Part shown: positions 50,961-63,844 of the stretch, piece by piece
How positions within the stretch are numbered: the first letter of the stretch is position 1
Layout: each line of letters starts with the position of its first letter
Source: Chiloscyllium plagiosum
Lineage: Eukaryota
DNA: 64,000 bases
Direction: 5' to 3'
Assembly (NCBI RefSeq): GCF_004010195.1
Contig: NC_057718.1
Location: forward strand, 35,249,777 to 35,313,776
Notes under the pieces: model-generated
The model's database searches: none
The model's input: the letters and a program-made list of their open reading frames with translations, nothing else
Told to the model about the DNA's origin: nothing
Translations under genes and position numbers: made by a program

Positions 50961-51459
50961 ACAGTCGAAAAGTTATGTGAATTACCTAAAGTGCTTTTGT
51001 GTCTCAATCCTCACTTCCCTTAATACGCTGACATCCTTCTGGGCAAAAAGGTTTTATTCCTTCTATACAAGATTGTCAATTATCTCCTGACCTGCTATCT
51101 TTAATGTCTTTACATCATTTCTTCCATTGCCATGTCTACCTTTTTAGTCACCTTGATGGTCACAGTAACTATTCAAATATTTCTACCATTTTACCATCAT
51201 TACTTGATGTTGCATGCATTTTTATGAAGAAAAGTTACACACTCTTTCAAGGTTTAGGTCAGTCAAGTTTTCTTCTGAATGTATATATCTGTCAAATCAA
51301 GAAAGGTTAACATTAAAAGGCTAGAATTATTTTGATTCTTTGAGTCTATTCTCTCTGCAGATCATGCACAACGTGCTATATTACTGACTTTATTGGATAT
51401 GGGCTGTTCCAAGAAGCTGAACTGGAAAGGATACAATATAAATGAGCAATTAAGTAGAT

Positions 51460-51680
51460 GGGAGATGATGGTCTAGTGGTATTATCATTGGGTTAATAGT
51501 TTTAGAGACACAGGTAACCCTGGGTTCAAACTCACCTTAGCTGAAGGTTGAATTTAAATTCAAAAAAATGAGTGCATTGCGATACAAACCCATCAGGCGC
51601 CTACATGTGATTCCAAAACCAAAACAATGTGATTGATTCTTAATTGCCCTCTGAAATAGTGTAGCAAGTAATTGGATTGT
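51460..51680 (+). mobile_element. tRNA-derived SINE, second family (deleted)
   Basis: ggtctagtggtattatcattgg..gggttcaaactc..ctacatgtgattcc. Confidence 0.55.
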
Positions 51681-53259
51681 ACCAAACTGCGAACAGAGTG
51701 AGCTTTTAGTGCTGGGGAAGCACTACCTGCTTTGAGGGGCTTTGCAACAAATTAAAGCTCCAAAGACAGGTCATTCATTACACCGTATGGAATTCATTAC
51801 ACTATAACACTTCTTCAGTGCTAGACCTTGAGGTTGCCATTAATACCAGAAAGGGGTGATTATTTACCCCCTGTCATTTCAATGGAATGGAGTTCGAAAC
51901 TCTTTCACGAAGAATGAGCTCACAATTTTGTTACACACCAGAGACCTCAGGAAATCTTCCCGCACAATGATTAAAAATTCTTAAAAAACCTGACAGTTAC
52001 CATACCACAGTATGAACAAAATCATGGTCATAGCATTTGGAATTATATTGTTTCACTTAAAACTTATTACCTCTGAGAACGTACCAAGGACTGATTGAAC
52101 CAATGCAAATTAGCACATCTTTAAAACATCTGCCTGTTGCTGGTAGTAATACAACATGCAGTAAACTTTCTGACTCAAGCATCAGCTGTAGTCAAAACAA
52201 ATTTACATCATCCATTCATAGCATGACACGGTCCAATTTGGTGGTTTAATTTGTCAATAGCCTAGCCATTATTGCCAACAAAACTGATATGTTCATTTTA
52301 TGCTTAGCCACAAGAAAGAAAGTCAGGGAAAAAGCAATTTGCCACATGCTTTTATATATTCTAATCAGTGAGTTGTAATTAGGCCATGGAGGGTATGCAT
52401 CATTTAAATCAAGTTAAGGAGCCCACATCGTGCCGAGTGTGAATAACGAGCAATGCTCGAGAAATCCACAACCGAAAGAATATACATGAGGTTAAGATCG
52501 TGTGAGCAGCACAAACCCACAAGCCTTCCAGACAATCTGGATGTAATTCTCTACAAGGGATCATTTGGGTAAACCCGTCTGACCAAAACTATCCTTGGGA
52601 AAAGTAAACCATGGAGGTTAAAACCAAATTCAATATAAGCAGCCCTTAAATCTGTGTGTCAATACATGTGCCTTTGTTGCAAATATTTATAAAGTTGAAA
52701 TCTTTGGAGTCTAAAGGGACATAAATCCATTTTACACACTTTTTTTATTGGCTTGTTGTTCCTGTTTGTTGCAACTCAGGAAAATCCGATATTTCATGGC
52801 AAAACTTTGTAACAAAGTAATGTCGGTAAAGTTGGACTATTTAATGCTTCAGGGCCGTGTTAATTTTAGCCAACTATTGTGCATTGACATAATCAAAAGG
52901 TTTATTATGTCATTTATCACCACATTGGGAACATATGGACATGGTACAACACCAGCAGATTTTGCCAGCAAGCAGTCAGCCGTCCATTCGCAGGCTGAAG
53001 TTGTTTCCATATTCGGTCAACTTCATCGCCTGAGCTGATTTAACAAGGAAGAATGCAAATCCTCAGTATCTGTTTAAATTATGTGGCCAGGTCAGGGTGT
53101 GTAACATTTCTTTAACATCTGGTCATTATTGGCCTTTCATAATAGATTCCAGTGCCTGATGTAGATGACAGTTATAGAAGCGGGGCAGGGAGTCAATGGG
53201 TGGGAGAGTGGTTGTGGCGGTAGTGAGGGCAAGACTGGAAGAAAGTAGCAATTACAAAT

Positions 53260-53420
53260 TTCTGGGAAAATATCACTGCTTTCTTTTCCACTTTTGCAAT
53301 ATTTTGCACATTTGTTTAATGGTTGCTGGAACATTCCCTATAATATGTTCGGGCCACGGTAAACCGCGGGTAACTGAAACCGTGGAAACTGGACCCACGG
53401 ATACAGCAATCGGCTTGTAC
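53260..53420 (+). mobile_element. Tigger/pogo-like DNA transposon 3' end
   Basis: ccacggtaaaccgcgggtaactgaaaccgtggaaactggacccacggatac resembles Tigger subterminal/TIR sequence (recalled, not searched). Confidence 0.6.
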
Positions 53421-53594
53421 ATCAATCTTTGGGATGAAAGGATCAAAGGAAAAGGTTGCTACAAAGTGAATAGGATATCTGGTTTTATAAATAGAGTCAT
53501 AGATTCCAATAAGAATGTTTTGCTAAAGCTTTGCAAGTTATAGGTCAGATTGCAACCAGAGTAATGTGTTATGTCGAAAGTCCAATGTGATTTC

Positions 53595-54790
53595 TTTATT
53601 CATTTTCATGGGATGTGGACATAGTTGCAACACCAGCATTTGTTGCCCATGCCTAACTGCCCTTGAACTAAACAGATTGCTAGGCCATTTCAGAGAGCAG
53701 TTAAGAGGCCAACAGATTGCTTGTGGGTCTCGAGGCACACATTGGCCAGGATGGCAGATTTCTTTCTCTAAAATACATTAATACACCAAATCGATTATAG
53801 CAATTGATTATACTTTTGGGATCATCATTCCTATGTCTAGTGTTATGAAGGCTGTTTGAAATATGTATAAAATCTATATTTAAGAATAGTAGCATTTGGG
53901 TGTTGGTTACTTTTATGAACAGTTTTAAAAAAATAACAAAGTCAGTCATCTATCCAGAACATTAATCTAATCCAGTATGTGTGAGAGGACAGAGACCCCT
54001 GGAGTGTTAATGCTCGGTATACGACCTGATGTGTAAAACTCAGGCGTCATTCGATGGATTTACTTTAGGATAATCCAGGATGGATTTTAGCTTTGGAATA
54101 CCACCGAGATTGAACCTTTTGAGCAGCTGAGAGAAGAGTCAGAAAAAAGTATAGTTTCTGTCTTAGAATAGAATTGTTCAGGGTATATGTTACCTCAGTA
54201 GAAGATTAGTTTGTGCAACTTCCAGACCAGGAATTTCTGATTAGAAATTTGCAGTTTATTGAAAGCTGAGGGAGTCTAAGCTGTCAGTTTTGTAAGTATT
54301 CATGAAAGAAACTTTTGCTCTTCACAAGAGGGAACCGGGACTAACTGGTTAATCAAATTTAAAGATTTGACAGAGAATGGTAATCTTTCTTGATTTTGAT
54401 TTCTCCAGAGTGATGGTGTGGGGAATAGCTGAGATTTTGCTTTAGTGTGTATTTTCTGACCTTTCAAATCATCTTCTATATTCAGATAGGTTGGTCTGTT
54501 CTACATTATTGCTTTCCTTTCATGTAATCAACTTCTGTTTTATTATTAAAGAAAATCTGTGCTGATGCTTCAGCAAATAATTGCCATGTTAAATTTAAAA
54601 AACAACTATCAAGCCAGATATTTTTCTGAGATCTGGCACTCCCATTAGTACCATCAGCTGGCATCATAACATTAATCAATAAAGTTGGAATTGAAAGCTA
54701 ATGTTAAATTCCACTAATTGCTGTGCTGGAATTCTAACCCTTGTCCCGAGTATTAACTAGTCCTGGATGACTAACTGGATGCTAGTTCTA
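53595..54790 (-). mobile_element. tRNA-derived SINE, second family, split by an LTR-like insertion
   Basis: 3' half at 53595-53840 and 5' half at 54672-54790 (aaattccactaattgctgtgctggaattctaacc). Confidence 0.55.
53841..54671 (+). mobile_element. Solo LTR (Gypsy-type termini)
   Basis: Inverted termini TGTTATGA...TCATAACA; inserted inside a SINE; TSD not clearly preserved. Confidence 0.6.
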
Positions 54791-55589
54791 GAATATGAGT
54801 TTGCTTCCTATTTTCAGCCCACACTGCTGGCAAGCAGCAAAGTGAAAACAGAGCCAAATCTGTAAGTCTCTCCTCAACAGTCTATAGCCTCTCTTTTGGT
54901 CCGTCCTCAGCAGTGTCTCCTAATGGCATAATAAAACTAGGCCGATGCTAAAGTTTCAGAGGAATTCAAAGGAGGTTTAGCTGCACCCAGGCATTTACTC
55001 TGCTGGCCAGCAGCATGTGGATACACCTTAACACTCATGAATCAAACTCCCAGTTATGGACAAATATCTCCATTGCCTTGACGGTATTATGCAAAAAGTC
55101 AAGGTCTAAATTGAAGGTGAAGGCCAAACCAACTACTTCTGTAACCAAAGCTAATGTCAAACACAGTGCTTTACGTTCTTTGGTCTCAAAGCAGAAGGTT
55201 GAAAGGAGGGCACTGGTTCTTGGGGAAGTCCCCAGAAATAGATTTGTGCTCTGGAGAGGACATTCCAGTTTTCACTGCAGTGTGTCAAGACAACAGGGGA
55301 AACAACAGTTGCAAGTTAAAAGCTCAACTCAATTGGCTTGAAGAATGCCTGCTGCGGGCTGTCTCTGACACTGAGAGGGACCATCGTGACCCACTAGTCA
55401 GTCTATGCCCAGCTCAAGTCAGCCAGCTTATGACTAGAAAAACACTGACTTGCCACAATCCATCAGTTAAAATGAAAGTTTGGAACTTAGTCTCTGCTAA
55501 TAAGTGGATAGAATCCATCACACCAATCAAACAAGCAGCACAAGCAAAAACAAAAAAGAGACCAACTATTTAATTTGCAGGCTGGAGCA

Positions 55590-56555
55590 CCAGAACTTTG
55601 ACAGGTGACTTGCAGCTTGGCGACATTTGGAATCTGTATGGCACTTGATAGGCTGAAAATGGGCATAACTTCAATCTCAATAAAGGTATGAAACTGGATA
55701 CACCATCTGGCATCAGCCCAGGCATGGGAAACAACAGCAACACCAAACTCAACTCCCTCAAAGCAGCAAGGATCTCCTCACCCACATCTGGGGCTACTGC
55801 CAAAATTGAGACAGCTGTCTCTCCGACTAGCCAAACAATGGTCTGATGTAGGCATACTCACAGAATCATACATTCATGTCCCAGACAACACCATTTCCAG
55901 CACCACTCAGATCTCATCGCTGAGCTTGTGCTGTCCTCTAGCAGGACAACCCCAGCAGAGGAGGTGACACAGTGGTGAGAATTATGCAAGGAGTCCTCAA
56001 AATTGACTGCACATCCCGTGAAGTCTCGTGTCATCAGATCAAACATGGACAAGGATTCAGTGATAGTGATGCTGTCGAATGTCAAGGAAATGGTTAGATT
56101 CTTTCTTACTGAAGGTGATCATTTTCTGGTGCATGTGTAGCACAAATGTTACTTTCTACTTTTTCAGCCCAAGCCAGAATATTGTCTGGATCTTGCTCTC
56201 TTCAGCATGTGAAGAGTCAGCAATAGTCATGAATGCTGTGCCATTATCAGTGGACATTCCCACCTCAGACCTTATGACAGAGGATTGATGAAGCAGCTGA
56301 AGATCGTTAGGCCTGGGACACTACATTGAGGAACCCCCGCAGGGATGTCCTAAAGTTAAGATGAGTGACCTCCAACATCCATAACTAATTGCCTTTCTGC
56401 TAGGTATGACTTCAACCAGTGGAGAATTTTCCTCTGATTCCTATTCACTCCAGTTTTGCTAGGGGTCCTTGATGCTACATTCAATTAAATGCTGCCTTGA
56501 TGCCAAGGGCAGTCCCTCTCACTTGGTCCATGTTTGAACCAAGGCTGTAATGCAT
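55590..56555. mobile_element. L2-like LINE pieces (+ 55590-56060 endonuclease start; - 56060-56555 RT)
   Basis: 56070-56520 parallels 3780-4035 plus 5532-5765; 55750-56050 parallels 27630-27915. Confidence 0.65.
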
Positions 56556-57364
56556 TGAAAATATCTTCATCTGGTGATCCGCATTCTGCACGAAGGTGAA
56601 TGTGAATCATGAGACGTGACCACCTGCCTGAGATATTTTAGTCTGAGAAGATAAATGAGAACAGAATAACACTATTTGAGTTTTGCTACTATGGCGAGCT
56701 TTGTGTAACTAACACTTCGTTTTAAACAAAACTGTTACAGTGTGTCCTGGAGATAACCAAGATCGGGGTATTGGCAACATTCAGGCCTGAACATCATTAA
56801 CTGTGACTCTCAACATGTACAATTACCACAGTATTGATCATGACACAGATCACTATCTGGTGTTTACCAGGGTCAGACAGTGGAAACTTTTAAGTTCAAA
56901 GTAGAAATGCTGCCCTCATATCAACATCAGCCACATGGGAATATTGCAGCTAATTCTGGATGGGACACTTTCAGAAGAATGAGATTTACTCATAAAGGTA
57001 CAATGGATGAGGTGCATGCATTAATATAGCGAAGCTTTCATTGGACCAGCATTTGTTCAAAAATAATTTAATAGAAGTTAAAATTATGAAGCGTTTTGAT
57101 CGAAAAACCAAAAAGTAACTGTTTCCATTTGTGGATATGCCAGTATAACTAAAGAGCACAGATTTGAAATAACTCCAAAAGAAACCAGGGATGAGATGGA
57201 GAATAAAAAACACAAGTTATTGTGATCTGGAAACCAAGGCCTGAAACAGATTCAATGGAGACTTTGAAAAGGGAATTTTATAATTGAGAATCTGAAAGTT
57301 GCAGAGCTATGGAGAAAGTGCCAGTTAGTGGGACTAACTGGATAGATGAAATAGGTTATTTAAC

Positions 57365-57590
57365 GGAGCTGAAAATGTGTTGCTGGAAAAGTGCAGCAGG
57401 TCAGGCAGCATCGAAGGAACAGGAGAATCGACGTTTCGGGCATAAGCCCTTCTTCAGGAATGAAGAAGGGCTTATGCCCGAAACGTCGATTCTCCTGTTC
57501 CTTGGATGCTGCCTGACCTGCTGCGCTTTTCCAGCAACACATTTTCAGCTCTGATCTCCAGCATCTACAGTCCTCATTTTCTCCTCCTAC
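57365..57590 (+). mobile_element. Palindromic PLE-derived mini-insert with two hammerhead motifs
   Basis: 91-bp arms 57366-57456 / 57461-57551, loop ggaa; 10-bp TSD gttatttaac (57355-57364 / 57591-57600). Confidence 0.92.
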
Positions 57591-58649
57591 GTTATTTAAC
57601 AACCAGTTAAGCCCAATACTTTCTTGCCTCCTCACTAGGGTTGTCAGATATTCCCAAAGAATCTACTAATAAATGGAGCAGTCTAATCTTATTCTAGCAA
57701 CAAGCAGTTTTGACCTTATGCCTATATAGGACTAACACAACATAACAATTGTTTCAGAATTATGAGTCTGGGTCTTCACTAGGTTAAAATTCAAATCTTG
57801 AGATGAAAGGATAGTTTACTAATCTACTGCTCTATCCAGTCTTAACATTTATAGTTTAAATAATTGTAGACATTTCCTAAAGCTAAACAATTCTCTGTTT
57901 ATGTTTAAAAGGGACATTGATATAAAAGTTGAATTAACCTTTCAAATATTTGATTTCTACCGTTTAGCTTTAAGTATCTTTATATAGGGACAGATTGGAC
58001 AGTAAAATTGCTCAGTTCAGGATATTGGCCAATAGTTTCAAAAACAGATTTAAAATTAAAAATTCTAAACGCTAAAGGATGAATGAATCACGGATCAAAT
58101 TATCAAACACCAAAGGAGGAGATCAATATCTGAGGTCAATGAAAGTAAATATCAAGAGAGATAAAAGGAATAGTTTGCTGACTCAATATCATCTGCTTTG
58201 TATCATCACACAAAGGTAAAAGGGGTGATGGTGGTGAATAATAACTGTTAAAAATAAAGTCATGGTGATTTTGATGGAAAGATGCTCAGTTGTATGTAAT
58301 AGCACTTAGTGTATAGGGGAAAAAGAAGAGCCTGTTGGTAGTGCAGTGAGCTAAGTAGACTCAGGCTCAAGTCCCATGTACTCCAGAGGTAGGTAATAAC
58401 ACACAGGTCAGTTAGAAAACTTTGTCCTTAAAGAAAGGAAAAAGCTTCAGTTTTGCCCTGAATAGTCTGAAACCAGTCATTGGGCTGGATTTTAAACTGC
58501 CTCATAGATGGGATTTTTAAATCCAGCAGCCATCCTGTCCATCACTAACCCACCCTTCAGTGATACCCATAGTGGGGACTGGTGTCAGGGAGCCCATCCA
58601 CAAACAGACCATTTGAGGTACCCAGTCTCAGCACATTGCAAAATCTGAT

Positions 58650-58797
58650 CAGGCATCTGAATGTGTACATAAATAGGAGTTTTGATGGAAATGGGCCAAA
58701 TGCTGGCAAATGGGACTAGATCAGATTGGGATTTCTGGTCAGTGTGAATGAGTTGGACCAGTGGGTCTGTTTCCATGCTGTATGACTCTATGACTCA
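58650..58797 (+). mobile_element. CR1/HER1-like 3' tail
   Basis: ggcatctgaatg..tgctggcaaatgggactag..ctgtttccatgctgtatgactctatgactc. Confidence 0.8.
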
Positions 58798-59799
58798 TTG
58801 TTAAATCATGATCTCACATGTGGGTGGTCAAACTAATGAATAGGATCTGAATGGTTTCAGTTTCAGTTAAGTGCCCTGCTCAGAACTTTGCTAGAAAACA
58901 GTCCTTTTCCTTTCTTTCATGACACCATGGGTACGACTGCGCAGATGGATGACACTCATCATTGTGAATATCAGTGCACCACCTCGTGCATTAAGACACA
59001 CACTCCGTAAAAAATTGGCTTCCCTGATGAGCTATAGAGCAGCTGGTGACATCTATAAATCTGCACAAGTAGTTGGCGGGGAGAGAGGGGTGTCTGTGGG
59101 AGTTGGGAAGAATTAATCTGAAAATGCCACACTGTAGCAGATGGCTACTGCCTGTCAACATTCAGGTTGAGCCTGTCAATGAGCAGGTCAAAGATTAAGC
59201 TGTGTTTTCGGAGCGGGGTAAACCTGAGTGTTGCAAAAAGTGTACTTGATGTCCTCAGCATAGCCACAAAGTTGCTTTAGAACCATGCTACAAATAAACA
59301 GAATGCAAAATTTCATCAGAACATTCCAAGCCACAGAATAACTGAGATAGGCACACACACTGATTTTGGAAAACATGCTGTGACACTAAGAAAGTTTTCT
59401 TCACGTTGCAAGTTAAATCTCCCCGGGGGTTTTCTGATATTTCCCCTTTACCACATGGAGAAGGTTAACCAAAACAAACAAGTAAATCACAATCATCGGG
59501 ATTGAACGGAATTTAAAAGCTTCACTGTGTTCATGCAAGGTAAGAGTTTCCATCGAACTGAGTAAAGTCAAGTAGGGAGAAATTCGACTTGCACTCAAAT
59601 CAGGCTTTGAGTTTGCAAAGTGATTGCTCCACGGGTTTGACTGAGTTGGGTTAAGAGCTGGGGCCTCATTGAGCGGAAGCAGCCAGCTGCAGACACAAAG
59701 CAGTCAGCTTGGTGACACAACCTGGGTTAGGTCTTCCTGATTTCTTTCAACTTCGACAGGGCAATTCCGTGTGATATTACGGATTGTCTATCATCTCAT

Positions 59800-60148
59800 G
59801 GAAAGACAGAAGAGGCTCTGTTCTGTTCAAATGTACAAATTCCAAATTTGATGATCTTCTCTGAGACAGCCTGTCACAGTTGAGAATGACTAGCTTCACA
59901 CTGACAGCAAGTTCTCAGGTGCAAGTTCTCAGGTGTGTGGCAAGCAGAGGCTGGGGCAATGACAGGGTGGGGTGCCCGAGTTGCCATTCATTCCTTTTTC
60001 TGTCGACACTTGACTCGATTCAGTCGTCGCTGATGGGGCATGAGATGTACAGAGCTTTCCCAGGGGATTCCCCTCCAATTTAGGCAAGCCCTGGACAGAC
60101 TTTCCCAGGGGTTCCTCACATTTACATGAAGGTTTTTAGGGTGTCATT
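59800..60148 (-). mobile_element. Decayed RTE LINE 3' end
   Basis: gtctgtccagggcttgcctaaattggaggggaatc..aaggaatg..tgccacacacctg on minus; RTE C-terminal-like. Confidence 0.5.
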
Positions 60149-60645
60149 GAGTCATAGAGATATACAGCTTGGAAACAGACCTTTCGGTCCAACTCGTCCA
60201 TGCCGACCAGATATCCCAACCCAATCTAGTCTCACCTGCCAGCACTTGGCCCATATCCCTTTAAACACTTCCCATTCATATTCCCATCCAGATGCCTTTT
60301 AAATGTTGCAATCGTACCAGCTTCTACCACTTCCTCTGGCAGCTCATTTCATACACACATCACCCTCTGTGTGAATAAGTTGCCTTGTAGGTCCCTTTTA
60401 AATCTTTCCCCCTCACCCTAAACCTATACCCCTCTAGTTCTGGACTCCCCCACACCAGGGAAAAGACTTTGTCTTTTTACCCTATCCATGCCTGTCATAA
60501 TTTTATAAACCTCTCAAACAAATCGCCCCTCAGCCTCCAACACTCCAGGGAAACAGCCCCAGCCTATTCAGCCTCTCCCTCTAACTCAAATCCTCCAATC
60601 CTGGCAACATCCTTGTAAATCTTTTCTGAACCCTTTCAAATTTCA
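60149..60645 (-). mobile_element. CR1/HER1-like LINE 3' end
   Basis: Colinear with 13585-14080. Confidence 0.92.
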
Positions 60646-61179
60646 TAGATACCCAATTTTCTATTTTAACTGATGTAAATTGACAGGCCTATAATTTTGG
60701 AGCTGACTTATTTTATCCTTATTAAATAATTGAGTAACATTTACAATTTTCCAAATCAAACAAAGGTACAAATCTTCAGTCAAGAGTTTTGGAAGATCCT
60801 GAGGATGCACCAACAATTTCTTCACCCATTTCTTTTATTAAGGGCAGCTTTGCAGTGCAGTGGATAGCATTGCTTCTGTTGATCAATAAGACTGAGTTCT
60901 AATGCTACTCTACAATTGATATGCATAGAAGAGGTGTTCATGACGTGGCCAAACAGGTTCTTTATCAACCAAGAAATATTGCCAATGTAGCAAGCAGAAG
61001 CATCTCTTGACTAGCCATCCTTCATGGGGATAGTTCCCTCCCACAGTCCAAAGAAGTGGGGGTTAGGAGGATTGGCCGTTGGAAATTACCCTGCAGTGTG
61101 TAGAGCTATAGGTATTGGAAGCTTATTTCAGGGAACAAAACAGCCAATAACATCTGCTTTGTCTGCCTCATACATTACT

Positions 61180-61372
61180 AGGAGAAAGTGAGGATTGCAG
61201 ATGCTGGAGAGTCAAAGTCAAAAAATGTGATGCTGGAAAAAGCACATCAGGTCAGGCAACACCTGAGGATGAGAGTCAACATTCTGGGAAGAAGCCCTTC
61301 ATCAAGAATGTCTGAAACGTTGACTGTCCTGCTCCTCGGATACTGCCCGACCTCAGCACCATACATTTCGAC
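61180..61372. mobile_element. Degenerate fold-back PLE pLTR insert
   Basis: Minus arm ggagaaagtgaggattgcagatgctggag..gcccttcatcaagaat, followed by plus arm tgaaacgttgactgtcctgctcctcggatactgcccgacct. Confidence 0.65.
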
Positions 61373-61724
61373 TCATACGTTAATAGACACAGGAAAGCTT
61401 CCAGGTTTTTCTAACACTGAGGTGAAAGCCTGGCAATTTACCTATATTCAATTTTTCAGTTATTACTTCGACATTATAAATTTATATTAAATCTAATTTC
61501 CTTTGCTTAATTTTCAAAAGTTTTCTTCATATCTTCATCATTACAGACTACTCAACAAGTCCATGATTTCTTGTTTCAGAATTATTTCGCCTGCATCTGT
61601 ACTTCAGGTGTCCATGATATTCTCATTTATCTGTTCTGTGGATTTCCCAACCAATATAACACAACTCTTCTGTTTGTTCCAATTTCCCCAAAATATTCCT
61701 CTTCCAACAGTGAAGTGGCATGGT

Positions 61725-62055
61725 AGGTGGTACAATGGCTCAGTACTTAGCACTGCTGCCTCACAGCATCAGGTACCCAGGATTGATTCCAGCCTTGGGT
61801 GGCTGTCTGTGTGTGTAGAGTTTGCAAGTTCTCCCCATGTCTGTGTGGGTTTCTGCTGGGTGCTCTGGTTTCCTCCAACAGTAGAAAGAAGTAGGGGTTA
61901 GGTGTATTGGCCATTGAAAATTGCTCTGCAGTGTGTAGGCTAGATGGGTTAGCCATAGTAAATGTCGGTTATGGGGATGGCCTGGGTCTAGGTGTGGGAG
62001 GCTCTTTGGAGAGTTGATAGGCCAAATGGCCTCTTGCTAAACTGGAGGGAACTCT
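61725..62055 (+). mobile_element. HE1-type SINE
   Basis: ggtggtacaatggctcagtacttagcactgctgcctcacagc. Confidence 0.8.
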
Positions 62056-62559
62056 CTTTTAATGATATTTATGAGTACTTTTCACTGGTTTGTGGCATCT
62101 TTTTATTACCTACTTACTGTGGGCTAGATTATAGCAGCCTTACCTCTGGGTCCTATCCCCAGACTAGAGTACAAAAACTTTTGGATCTATCAAAGATCTA
62201 CAACTTTTTTTGCATAGCACTGAAGATCTGCAGTACTGTCAGAGGTATCACCTTTTGCACTAGAAGTTTTTGAATAAATCATGGCCCTATCTTCCCTTTC
62301 AAGTGAATGTAAAATATCGTGTGGCACTATCTTGAAGAACAACAAACAAGTTATTCTAGGTGTCTTCATCAATGTTTAACCTTCAAAATCAAATCACTTA
62401 TTGTCCATGATTTGGTAGTTTCAACCAGTTTAGTATTAAAAATACTTTACCGAAAGTGCCCTCATTGGTGAAACAGACAAAAGGATACAGAATTTGGTTT
62501 GTAGTTCAACTCCTTTATTAACAAAACATTCTTTGTTAAAAACATCACGTGACCATTTC

Positions 62560-63655
62560 ACAATATTCCCTTGAAGAAATTCCCCTACTCTCCTGGGTCT
62601 TGTTTAATGTGTCGTAACTCCAAGTAGAGCTGTCTTTCAGGAATTTCATGTCAGGCCTGTGGACAATGCTGCCCACGCAGAGGAGTTGATCGAGAGTGGT
62701 TAGCGCCATATTTCTGAGTGAGAAACCAGTACTGCAGTGCTGATCTCATCAATGGACTTACAGTTCTTGTGGAGGCAATTGGTGGTGTTTCTGCAGGATT
62801 GTGAGGGTGGCATGGTGGTTAGCAGTGCTGCCTCACAGCGCCAGGGACCTCTGGGTTTGATTCCATCTTCGGATGACTGTCTGTGTGGAGTTTACACATT
62901 CTCCCCATTTTTCTGCAGCTTTCCTTCCGGTGCTCCAGTTTCTTCCCACAGTCCAAACATGTGTGGGCTAGGTGGGTTAGGCATAGGAAATACAGGGATG
63001 GAGTAAGTCTCGGTGGGATGCTGTCTTGAGGGGCAGTGTGGATGGATTAGCTGAATGGCCTACTTCCACACTGTATGAATTCTATGATTCTCTGAGCCAT
63101 ATAGAAAGGCTGTTATCACTACTGCTCTGTATACCATGAGCCTGGTACTGGATTTGAGATTTTGATCTTCAAATTCTCTTGCCCTGAGGCAACTAAAATG
63201 GCAAACCTAATGCCACACTGAAGGCGGTGTTGACCCTCGGTCAGCAATGTCTGCCCTTGATGGCTTTAGGTTTCCAAGGTATGAACAATGATCCACCTTG
63301 TCCAACTCTTAATCGTGAATCTTGATAATGGGGTTTGGAGGTAAGGGGAGGCAGTATGGTGTGGCAGGAGCAAGTTGGTAGTGAACCTTTGTTTTATGAA
63401 CGTCTCGTATGAGGCTCATGCTCTTATACACATCAGCGAAGGTGTTGACAATGACTTGGAGCTTGGTCTGGAAATGTGCCCCAATGTAAGCAGCTACACA
63501 CAGTAGTTCAATGAAAGAAGATGAGACGGCATTGGATCCGCCCTGCATGCAGCAGAGCTTTTACGATGTTCCTAGTTGTTCTGTACATTCACTCCACTCC
63601 ATCAGGGAGCTTGCTGAAGGTGAGGTTGTGCTCACTGCTGTGTGAGGATAGTCAG
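62560..63655 (-). mobile_element. Decayed RTE-clade LINE (RT), interrupted by an HE1 SINE
   Basis: ORF 63309-63548 AHFQTKLQVIVNTFADVYKSMSL..KTKVHYQLAPAT..IIKIHD; continues ALTTLDQLLCVGSIVHRPD at 62650-62710. Confidence 0.8.
62803..63092 (+). mobile_element. HE1-type SINE
   Basis: gtggttagcagtgctgcctcacagcgccagggac..ttctatgattct. Confidence 0.85.
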
Positions 63656-63844
63656 GTCTATGTGTAAACTGAATGTATACAAGGCTGTAGACATTTTAAA
63701 AGCTTTAGAACAAAAATCTTGTACTTCAGCTTGTAGAGAATACACTGCTGTTTATGGGCATCTCTGGTGGAGGGCCTGAATGTTGAAGTGAGCCACTTTT
63801 GACTCAATGGTATCCAGCTTGCTGATTCTTGTTCGAACTGCACT

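Noticed and set aside
57309..57635. Recurrent peptide MCCWKSAAGQAASREQENRRFGHKPFFR in several ORFs (20493, 39580, 57309, 57360)
   Set aside because: It is the antisense translation of the pLTR/hammerhead repeat, not a protein domain.
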